Positions 56,789 through 64,000 of a stretch of 64,000 nucleotides of DNA are shown piece by piece. Both the position numbers and the translations under genes were made by a program. How positions within the stretch are numbered: the stretch's first letter is position 1; every line of letters starts with the position of its first letter. This stretch comes from Deltaproteobacteria bacterium (GTDB taxonomy: Bacteria; Myxococcota_A; Polyangia; Fen-1088), in assembly GCA_033763315.1 (NCBI GenBank), contig JANRKS010000006.1, positions 32,001-96,000 of the forward strand. Reading direction: 5' to 3'. The notes below the pieces were generated by a model that saw only the letters and a list, made by a program, of their open reading frames with translations, had not been told where the DNA came from and did not search any database.

Positions 56789-58009
56789 GTGTTTCGTATT
56801 CCGTTTTTCCGCACGTCTGAAATTTTTCTCATGGGACTGCTCGCCGCTTTCGCGATGCAGGCCGGTTGTCGCCTAGGCAGGGGCTCGCAGCGGCCGAAAG
56901 CGCCTCCTGCCACGCTCCTCATCGGCTGCGACGGCAAAACCGTTCACGATACAAAAACGGCTTTGACCGCCGTGTCGCCAGAGGGAGATAGGGTGCTCGT
57001 GTTCGATGTGTCGCAGCCTTTTGCGCCACGGCTGAAGGGCAGCGTTGAGGTGAACAATTCCGTGTGGGGGCCGCCCACGAACCTCGCGCTTGGGCCAGGG
57101 GGCCGCTTCGCCCTGGTTTCCGACTCAATGAAAAATGTCGCGCAAGAAAACGCATGGACAGCCATCCCCAACGACAAGCTACACGTAGTCGATTTGCGCG
57201 CTTTACCTATGAAGGTGGTTAGCACGGTGAAGGTTGGCCTTCAGCCATCAGGCGTCGATGTGAGCCCCAGCGGGCAGCTGGCCCTCACCGCAAACCGAAA
57301 GGGACAAAGCGTTTCGCGCGTTGGGCTCTTCAACGATGGCCTCACGCTTACGGCTGTGCTCCTTGCAGATGTGCCCCTTGCAGGACAGGCCTCAGATGTA
57401 CGCTTTACACCCGACGGCAAACGTGCCCTTGTCACCCTGTTTTCAGAAAGCGCCGTGGCCGTCTTAAAGGTGGATGGACAAGATGTGAAACTGGCACACC
57501 GCTTGGACGTGGTACCGAATCCCTATCCTTTGGTGATTGCGCCCAACGGGAAGTTTGCCTTGGTGACCAGCATGGGCGCAACGTCCTCAAGCTCCGACGG
57601 GCAGCCCGATCTTCTTGGCGCTATCGATCTCGAATCCGACCCGCCAAAGCTGGTAGCCCAGGTGTTGGTGGGAGACAGTCCCGAGGGTTTGGCCATCAGC
57701 CCCACGGGCCAACACGCCGCCACCGTGAACCTCAGGGGCAGCAGTTCGAGGTCATCAGCATCGGCCTATCACCGCAACGCCACAGTGAGCCTGCTTTCAC
57801 TGGCCGGGGCTCCGCGATCCTTGCACGTGCTTGATACGGTAGAGGTCGGAGCCCTTGCTGAGGGCATCGCTTTTTCACCTGATGGTGAATACCTGTACGT
57901 GGGAAACTTCAGCGATCAGTCCTTAACGGTGCTGCGTATTTCAGAAAACAAACTCGTGGCGATTGGCCAGCCGCTTGCGCTTGGCTGTCGGCCTGCGTCC
58001 CTCAAGTGA
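56789..58009 (+). CDS. YncE/YVTN-type beta-propeller protein, probable lipoprotein
   Basis: Repeated VG..P.G..SP.G blades; QAGC lipobox-like; start uncertain. Confidence 0.8.
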   Translation: MFRIPFFRTSEIFLMGLLAAFAMQAGCRLGRGSQRPKAPPATLLIGCDGKTVHDTKTALTAVSPEGDRVLVFDVSQPFAPRLKGSVEVNNSVWGPPTNLALGPGGRFALVSDSMKNVAQENAWTAIPNDKLHVVDLRALPMKVVSTVKVGLQPSGVDVSPSGQLALTANRKGQSVSRVGLFNDGLTLTAVLLADVPLAGQASDVRFTPDGKRALVTLFSESAVAVLKVDGQDVKLAHRLDVVPNPYPLVIAPNGKFALVTSMGATSSSSDGQPDLLGAIDLESDPPKLVAQVLVGDSPEGLAISPTGQHAATVNLRGSSSRSSASAYHRNATVSLLSLAGAPRSLHVLDTVEVGALAEGIAFSPDGEYLYVGNFSDQSLTVLRISENKLVAIGQPLALGCRPASLK

Positions 58010-58061
58010 CAGTCACGGTGATCACGTACTTTCACATTTGATTCTTGCGCCCTGCGGTCCT

Positions 58062-58820
58062 TTAGGGGCGGTTCAGGCGTGCTTGTGCCTGCGCGGCAAG
58101 CGCACTGTGAGGGTGGTGGTGCAAGAATGCTTGAAGCGCTTTGCGTTCGCGGCTTTGATTGCCGAGGCTTCTGTAGGCTTGTGCCAAACCCCATCGGGCT
58201 TCTTCCGCAAGGGGCCCAGCCGGCTGCAAGGCGAGGGCGCTTTGAAATAGTTTGGCGCCACGTTGAGGATCGCGCAGCCGGTCGACGTATAAGCTGCCCG
58301 CCGCCACCATTGCGGCGTACGCGTTTTGGGAATGAGGTGAAGACCGTATCGCACGCTCGTAGGCACGGGCAGCGGCGCTCCAGCGCGCTTGTCTGCGTAA
58401 GTGATTTGCCTGGGCCAACAGATCGGAGGTCGATGGAGCAACGGAAGCGCGCTTTGGCTCCGGCACGGCTTGTGGTGGCCCAGGTGGTTCCGGGGTGGCA
58501 GGCACGACTGGTGCCGGCATCTCTTGCGGTTGCGAAACGTGTGCAGCTGGTTGCCTGGTTGACTGGAGCTGTCGCGACCGCAGCAAGAAGGCCGCCGAAA
58601 CCGCCGCCGACAAACTTAGGAACAAGACAACCCCTGCTGCCAACTGCAGTATGTAAGTCCGCCTGTGTCGCCCGCGTCTTGCGTGCGCTTGCAGGGTGTT
58701 CGCCACCAAGATCTCTGTGGCCTCGTCCGACAACCGACGAGCGGGCCCCGCTTCGGCGTCAAGTTTGGGTAGGTTGACGCTTGCCCAAGGTTCAGGTGTG
58801 TTGTGTGAAGGCGGGCTCAC
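58062..58820 (-). CDS. membrane-anchored TPR protein, putative anti-sigma factor (module 3)
   Basis: TM helix, TPR helices (QPAGPLAEEARW, FLHHHPHS); start overlaps the sigma stop codon. Confidence 0.75.
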   Translation of the reverse strand: MSPPSHNTPEPWASVNLPKLDAEAGPARRLSDEATEILVANTLQAHARRGRHRRTYILQLAAGVVLFLSLSAAVSAAFLLRSRQLQSTRQPAAHVSQPQEMPAPVVPATPEPPGPPQAVPEPKRASVAPSTSDLLAQANHLRRQARWSAAARAYERAIRSSPHSQNAYAAMVAAGSLYVDRLRDPQRGAKLFQSALALQPAGPLAEEARWGLAQAYRSLGNQSRERKALQAFLHHHPHSALAAQAQARLNRP

Positions 58821-59452
58821 GATGGTTCCTTGGTTTGCGTGGCTCCGTCACAACTCAAGTTCTGCTCGCGCAAGTTGTGGCGTGCGAGGCGCAGGCGGCT
58901 GCGCACCGTTTCCGTGGGGACTTTTAACTGCGAAGCGATCTCAGGTACGGTCATATCGAGCACATGATGCAACACAAGAACGTGACGTTGCTCGGGCGAT
59001 AGGCGATCCAGAACGGCAATGGTTTGGCGTCGCGTGAGGTACTCATCTGGATTCGACGTTGCAGCAACCAAGTCAGAGCCATCGAAAGGCTCGACGCTAT
59101 CCACACGTGACGGCTCTTGCCGCAGTCGCTTTAGGTTGCGAAAAACCGAGCGCACCACCACACGATCCACCCACATCTCAAACCGGCCCTCGCCGCGAAA
59201 GCTGTCTAAGCCATCAAGCACCACAAGCAGAGATTCTTGTGTGAGATCATCTACGTCGCTGTCGCGCCACACCAAGTAACGAACCAGATTGCGCACGCGG
59301 GGAAGCAGGGCGGTGACCAGCGCGCGCAAGGCTGTGTCCTCCCCCGCGATCGCACGGGGCAACAGATGCTGCAGCGAAGGAGGTTCCACCGGCATGGGGC
59401 TATGAGCCGCCATCGAACGGTAAGCCGCCTGGGCGTACAAAAACGGTGGCAT
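58817..59452 (-). CDS. ECF sigma-70 factor (module 3)
   Basis: VDDLTQESL...FRGEGRFEMW; TVPEIA...TVRSRLRLAR. Confidence 0.9.
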   Translation of the reverse strand: MPPFLYAQAAYRSMAAHSPMPVEPPSLQHLLPRAIAGEDTALRALVTALLPRVRNLVRYLVWRDSDVDDLTQESLLVVLDGLDSFRGEGRFEMWVDRVVVRSVFRNLKRLRQEPSRVDSVEPFDGSDLVAATSNPDEYLTRRQTIAVLDRLSPEQRHVLVLHHVLDMTVPEIASQLKVPTETVRSRLRLARHNLREQNLSCDGATQTKEPS

Positions 59453-59462
59453 GTGGCTTCAT

Positions 59463-59490
59463 GGAGACGTGGAGTTCACAAAGTGGGTCA
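59463..59490 (-). promoter_or_regulatory. ECF-type promoter TGACCC-N16-GTCTCC upstream of sigma 3
   Basis: TGACCC ACTTTGTGAACTCCAC GTCTCC; the same boxes and spacing occur at 62701..62728. Confidence 0.6.
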
Positions 59491-60504
59491 ACGAGAAAAC
59501 GTGAGCTCAAGCCCAATCCGCACACTGGGTTGCACGGACCACATGTACCATAACGGCCGATAACCCGTGGCGTCGCGCAGCCCGAGGCTGAACGGATCTT
59601 CGACGCCGTCTAGGCCCGCTGCCATCCAGAGCCCTAAACGCCCCGGCACAACTTGGCGCCGAAGCCGCAAGCCCGTGCCAACGAACCATTGTCCAAATCG
59701 CAACTCGTCCCGCAGTGGGCCAGAAAGCGGCTGCACCGACGTCCTTGACCAACCGAAGCGACCTTCCGCGCCAACGCGCCAGGCCCTGCCGAGCGCAACG
59801 TCGTAAGCAAGCACAAATCCCATCGCCCAGCTGTCGATATCGGCCTCGGCCCCTTGCGCGGTGACGCGGACCGATGGACGTCGAGATGATAGGAGGCCTA
59901 GGGTGAGGGCTCTCCATCTGCCTTCAATTCGCGCCTCAAGGGCATGGTTGGGCTCGGTTGGAAGTCCGTCCCACGTTGCCAGCCATCCGAGGCGCGGCGC
60001 CAGCTCCCACGGCGTGCGGGATAGGGCAGCGCTCGTGCTTGCGCGCGTTGGCGGGGGCGGTGGGGGCGTAGGCTTGTGTGTCGTGCCCAGTGGCGCGTTG
60101 TTGAGTCTCCCAACAATCGCGGTGCGCGCCACCAAGGCTCCCGCTTCTAGATCGGCCGTTCTCACAGGATGACTGGACGCGATGGGGCGGACCAACACCA
60201 AGGTGGAATCGGGCTTCCTGGTGAGGGCCACCAGGCTTCCTTCGCGCCACCAAATCACGACGGCTGCGTCATGCGAAGCCGCCGCCGCCTCGGCTGCCGT
60301 AACGTCGTGGTACTCACCAAGCGGCTTTGCTTGTACGAAAGCATTGGTGCGGATTTCGACCGCCAAATCACTGGTCTGTCCTCGCAAACGCTTAGTGAAG
60401 ACATCGCACGTCACATGGGGAGTGCACAGGAACAGCACGCGCAGTTTGGTCGCTCCATTGGCCTGCGTGCCCAGCGGGGCGCACAGGATCCACAGCGTCC
60501 ACAA
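59488..60504 (-). CDS. exported protein with putative small beta-barrel (ECF module 3)
   Basis: Same layout as 581..1615: N-domain, PPPPPP linker, amphipathic strands, ends GLELTFSR. Start uncertain. Confidence 0.7.
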   Translation of the reverse strand: MWTLWILCAPLGTQANGATKLRVLFLCTPHVTCDVFTKRLRGQTSDLAVEIRTNAFVQAKPLGEYHDVTAAEAAAASHDAAVVIWWREGSLVALTRKPDSTLVLVRPIASSHPVRTADLEAGALVARTAIVGRLNNAPLGTTHKPTPPPPPPTRASTSAALSRTPWELAPRLGWLATWDGLPTEPNHALEARIEGRWRALTLGLLSSRRPSVRVTAQGAEADIDSWAMGFVLAYDVALGRAWRVGAEGRFGWSRTSVQPLSGPLRDELRFGQWFVGTGLRLRRQVVPGRLGLWMAAGLDGVEDPFSLGLRDATGYRPLWYMWSVQPSVRIGLELTFSR

Positions 60505-60629
60505 GCACTGCTGGGCGACGGTTGTGAAGTGGAAGCGCGATGATGAGAGCAGACACTCAGTATAAGCTTGCGGCGTTATATTGGGCTAGACCGATGTCAC
60601 TTGCGTTGCTCTCAACCACCCAAGCATCG

Positions 60630-62054
60630 CTACCGTTGCGAAGGCCTTTTCCGCCTGAGTGCCAAGAGGCACAAAGTCACCAGGGACAACATGCAAGCCG
60701 GTCCCCCGTTGCGTTGACCTGACGCCACGGCGCAGCCGCTGCTGGCCTTGTTGTCTTCTGTTTTGTCGTCCTCGGCGGGCATCTCGCCCTCAATGGGTAG
60801 GCAAATTTTGTCGTCGCCGTGGTCGCGGCAAGCGAAGCCACTTACACAATCCGCGTTGCCAGTGCACGCTCGCGAGCAGAAGGCTTCTTTGCCGTCGGCT
60901 TCAACGCAAAGGCGTGATTGGCAATCCTCATTTACCGCGCAGCTCTCGCCGTCGGGGCGGATCAGTTGCCCCTCATCATCAGCCATACAGCGTGCGCCGA
61001 TACATCTTTGGTTGTCTTCGCAGTCGGCATCGTTCTGACATTCGGCGGCTGACATGCCCCCCGTGCCGCCTTGGTTGGCACCGTCACTTCCACCTGCTCC
61101 CGCGCCACCTGCACCCGCGCCACCCGCGCCACCGCCACCTGCGGCACCGCCAGCCGCGGTGCCATCGGGGACGTTCACGTTGGAACACGTGTTGTTGGGA
61201 GGAAGACACTGATTTGCGGCGCCTTGTACGGCCGCACAACGAAACCCGGAGGGACAACCAGTGCCGCAGCTTTGGCCACAAAACCGTTCGCCTGTAAGAT
61301 TATTGCGAACGCAAACGCCAGAGGCGCAATCGGCGGCCATCTGGCACGCAGCGCACAGCTGCCCCTTTCCGCTTCCAGATGAGCCACCCGTACCGCCTGT
61401 GTTTTGCCCCGTGCTGCCTCCCGCACCCCCGCCCCCGGGAACGGCAGTGCCTCCGCCGCCAGAGTAGATCTTGCAAATGCCGGCTTCGTCATCTTGATTC
61501 AAGGGCACCACACCTCCTGGGTACTGCGCCCTCATGACGGCACCGCTTGCTGTTGAGTGGCCAAGACCAAGGAAATGGCCGCCTTCGTGCGCAATGATGG
61601 TGAACGCATTCACCTGGCCGCGACCCGCGGGCGTGCCACTTACCCATTTGAAGTTTACGCCGTTCATGAGCATGTGTGCTGTGAGGCAACCACGTGATAA
61701 GCGCGACGTCGTCACTCCGATCGTCCCGTTACCGCTGCTCCAGCTCGATTCGGCCCATGCCACCACGCCATTGCCATTTCCCGGCGCGTCGCTGGTCGTG
61801 CCGCCATACTGAACCTTAAGGCTGGAACACGCGGGCTTTGTCCAAGCCTCCATGCCTGTCTTTAACTCTGTTTCAGTGGTGGCTAAGCCCAGATCCGCCG
61901 AAGGCGTGCCAAGCCGATAGGGCACAGGAGATTGGCAATAGCCGCCGCATGCCGAGGATATGCAGGAGTAAGCCCAGGCGACGTCGGGCGACAGCGCGTA
62001 CGCATAAACGCTGATAGCAACCAACCGCGCACAAAGTCCCAGACGCCATTTCAT
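60630..62054 (-). CDS. matrixin-like (M10) zinc metalloprotease with Cys-rich domains and MYXO-CTERM-type anchor
   Basis: HEGGHFLGLGH plus Met-turn (AVMRA); C-terminal SGCAV...hydrophobic...RRKR. Confidence 0.85.
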   Translation of the reverse strand: MKWRLGLCARLVAISVYAYALSPDVAWAYSCISSACGGYCQSPVPYRLGTPSADLGLATTETELKTGMEAWTKPACSSLKVQYGGTTSDAPGNGNGVVAWAESSWSSGNGTIGVTTSRLSRGCLTAHMLMNGVNFKWVSGTPAGRGQVNAFTIIAHEGGHFLGLGHSTASGAVMRAQYPGGVVPLNQDDEAGICKIYSGGGGTAVPGGGGAGGSTGQNTGGTGGSSGSGKGQLCAACQMAADCASGVCVRNNLTGERFCGQSCGTGCPSGFRCAAVQGAANQCLPPNNTCSNVNVPDGTAAGGAAGGGGAGGAGAGGAGAGGSDGANQGGTGGMSAAECQNDADCEDNQRCIGARCMADDEGQLIRPDGESCAVNEDCQSRLCVEADGKEAFCSRACTGNADCVSGFACRDHGDDKICLPIEGEMPAEDDKTEDNKASSGCAVASGQRNGGPACMLSLVTLCLLALRRKRPSQR

Positions 62055-62692
62055 CGTGGCACCTTCTTTGAAACTTCAGGCTTGAGTTTGAGCTCGCGCA
62101 CCCGGGCCGACAAAGTGGTCAATGCGATCGGTTTCTGGGTCGATGGCGGTCCAACCTCCATGCTTTTGCGTCGCCAACGAGCGATGGAGACGTCGCTCAG
62201 ATCGCGAACGGCCACACGACCACCATCCACCGCATTAGACAGAATCTTATATTTGCCCTGCGACATCTCAAGCGTTCTGAAAAGTCCTTGTTTGTCGGGG
62301 TCGCGCCTCAAGAACACAACCACGCTTTCTCCGCGTTCATAGTGCGGCGCCCCTGCCACCGTGGTCTGCACATCGCCATAGCGACCGCCTGGTTCCCACA
62401 AATGAACCACGCCATTGGCAGGAGCGTCGCCGGCCAAAACTTCGTTGACCTTAATCCACACATGCGTGCGAGGCTCAAGCAACGCTTCCGCAGCGCGTGG
62501 CGAATGCACGCGTGTTCCCGTGCGCATCACGGTGCCCTGAATCACTAGGTCGGCATGCCGAATGAGGTCGTCAAGCGGCAACTCCACCATCACGGTGGCT
62601 TGCGCGGATGTTGCGAATCCCGCAGACAGGCAAAACACGAACAGCAAATGCGCAAGTCGTCGGTAAAGCACATCGAACGGCACGATTGTCAT
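62051..62692 (-). CDS. exported hypothetical protein translationally coupled to the matrixin
   Basis: Signal peptide, LDDLIRHADLVIQGTV...PGG...GAP...GESVVVFL; ATGA overlap. Confidence 0.75.
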   Translation of the reverse strand: MTIVPFDVLYRRLAHLLFVFCLSAGFATSAQATVMVELPLDDLIRHADLVIQGTVMRTGTRVHSPRAAEALLEPRTHVWIKVNEVLAGDAPANGVVHLWEPGGRYGDVQTTVAGAPHYERGESVVVFLRRDPDKQGLFRTLEMSQGKYKILSNAVDGGRVAVRDLSDVSIARWRRKSMEVGPPSTQKPIALTTLSARVRELKLKPEVSKKVPR

Positions 62693-62700
62693 ATGACCAA

Positions 62701-62728
62701 GGAGACAGGCAGCGGCGATATCGGGTCA
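62701..62728 (-). promoter_or_regulatory. ECF-type promoter TGACCC-N16-GTCTCC for the protease operon
   Basis: TGACCC GATATCGCCGCTGCCT GTCTCC, 8 nt before ATG 62692. Confidence 0.6.
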
Positions 62729-62867
62729 CAATGGCTGCAAGTTTCTTGCGAGCGCTGATCCGTCGAGGCTGAGAGTCCGGGGGCCCAGCGAACGGGCAAA
62801 CAACTTGCCACCCATCCACGCCGCGTGAGGCGCACGACTGCAACGGGTAAATGATTGCTCTAGGCCC

Positions 62868-63977
62868 TCAAAGCACTGGGATCGCGACACCTGCACACCC
62901 AAACGTGATCTCGACTCGTTTGAGTGAACCCTTGCGAGCGGCCTCGCACAAGGCACCGTTAAGAACGATTGAGGTCTTTGCGGCGTTGTATTGCCAGCCG
63001 TCAACGTCCGAGCGAGCAATGCGTTTGCCATCGATGTCGACGGCGACGTCATCGGGCGAAGGGGGCGCTTTGCTCAGGCTAAACGTGCAGCTGCCCACCT
63101 GACCGGCTATCGCCTCTAGTGCCGCGGAAAGTTCTGCTTCGGAGGTCACACTGAAGAATTTGGTGTCTCCGGCCCGCGGCTCGGCGCCGGCCACCGCCAT
63201 CGCGTTTAGAGTTTCAAGCGCCCGGCCGACTTGGCGCTGTGGTGCGATGCCCACCACGAAGGTGTGAAAGCCCTCTTGTGCAGCGTTGCCCACAGCGGCG
63301 ATGGCAGCGGGGATGTCCGTGGAATTGCGGCTTCCGTTGCCGTTGAAGCACGTGGGTTCGCCATCCGTCGCCAGGAGCAGATACTTCGGGTTCTGTGTGG
63401 TCCGACCCTTGAGATAGTTCGTGGCCGCGTTCATGGCGGCCGTCGTTGGCGTGCCATTGTTGTTGCCGGGTGTCGAACGCATCACCGTAGCGTTGATTGC
63501 AGCGTAATTGTTGACGGCGACGTCATGCTCAACTCCGCCTTGCACCCCGCAAGCGGAAGTGGTTGGAAACGTCTTGAGGCCCCACAGAACTCCGGCCTGA
63601 GTCTTGTTGATGGTTCCATCGAGCGCCCGGGTCAACACGGTCCAATTGGTCTCGGCGTTTTGTAGCCTATCGGTGATCATTGAGGTCGATCGATCGAGCA
63701 CGAGCAATAGCTCCGCAGGCAGGCGCTCCAGCGGGAGCTGTTCGAATCCGCAAGTCTTGCCGTCTGCACCCAATGTGGGGTTGCCTTTGCCGGTGGCGCC
63801 GCCAGCGGGCTGTAGAAGCCCTGCGTCGCCAGCGCCTGGCACAGCAAACCCAATTCCTCCTTGGCCGGTGCCGTCTGAGTCCGAACCGCTTTGCGCGCCA
63901 CACGCAATCATGATCGCGCCGAAGAGAGCGGCCATGGCAACGGACGAAACTGTTGGCCTTGGTTCTTGAGTCGTCAC
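62868..63977 (-). CDS. vWA-domain lipoprotein (CglB-like architecture)
   Basis: Lipobox MIAC, MIDAS motifs LDRSTSM, TPT, ATDGEP; Cys-flanked C-terminal domain. Confidence 0.85.
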   Translation of the reverse strand: MTTQEPRPTVSSVAMAALFGAIMIACGAQSGSDSDGTGQGGIGFAVPGAGDAGLLQPAGGATGKGNPTLGADGKTCGFEQLPLERLPAELLLVLDRSTSMITDRLQNAETNWTVLTRALDGTINKTQAGVLWGLKTFPTTSACGVQGGVEHDVAVNNYAAINATVMRSTPGNNNGTPTTAAMNAATNYLKGRTTQNPKYLLLATDGEPTCFNGNGSRNSTDIPAAIAAVGNAAQEGFHTFVVGIAPQRQVGRALETLNAMAVAGAEPRAGDTKFFSVTSEAELSAALEAIAGQVGSCTFSLSKAPPSPDDVAVDIDGKRIARSDVDGWQYNAAKTSIVLNGALCEAARKGSLKRVEITFGCAGVAIPVL

Positions 63978-64000
63978 GAAAGACCTATCTTTGCTGATTG

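Noticed and set aside
62868-63977. Calling the vWA lipoprotein cglB
   Set aside because: Myxobacteria have many vWA lipoprotein paralogs and no gliding-motility genes are adjacent, so the symbol is withheld.

Overview
A GC-rich, gene-dense 64-kb window, most likely from a myxobacterium (Myxococcota). The supporting signs are a MYXO-CTERM-type protease, a CglB-like vWA lipoprotein, and many lipoproteins with Gly/Ser tethers. I found no rRNA, tRNA, CRISPR array or transposase. The window has five main components. (i) Six paralogous gene pairs, each a CxxCH-bearing DUF1592/DUF1588-type lipoprotein plus a Tat-exported, His-rich DUF1552 protein. (ii) Many secreted glycan-binding or glycan-cleaving proteins (LamG, GH55-like beta-helix, PL11-like propeller, CBM-like, GH5). 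(iii) Three ECF sigma / TPR anti-sigma / small beta-barrel modules. (iv) A LOV-containing two-component cassette. (v) Accessory genes: corA, a clade-2 chlorite dismutase, a bestrophin, a nucleotidyltransferase pair and hemerythrin remnants. The main new observation is a non-coding ECF-type promoter motif, TGACCC-N17-CGAC, present as four exact copies and one near copy. It lies upstream of one ECF sigma gene and of operons carrying five of the six DUF1592/DUF1552 pairs. A second motif, TGACCC-N16-GTCTCC, precedes the third sigma gene and the neighbouring protease operon. Together these suggest surface-signalling regulons lacking a TonB-dependent receptor, one of which controls heme/metalloprotein pairs and glycan modules in a PUL-like arrangement. 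All family assignments come from motif recognition by eye; no database searches were run.
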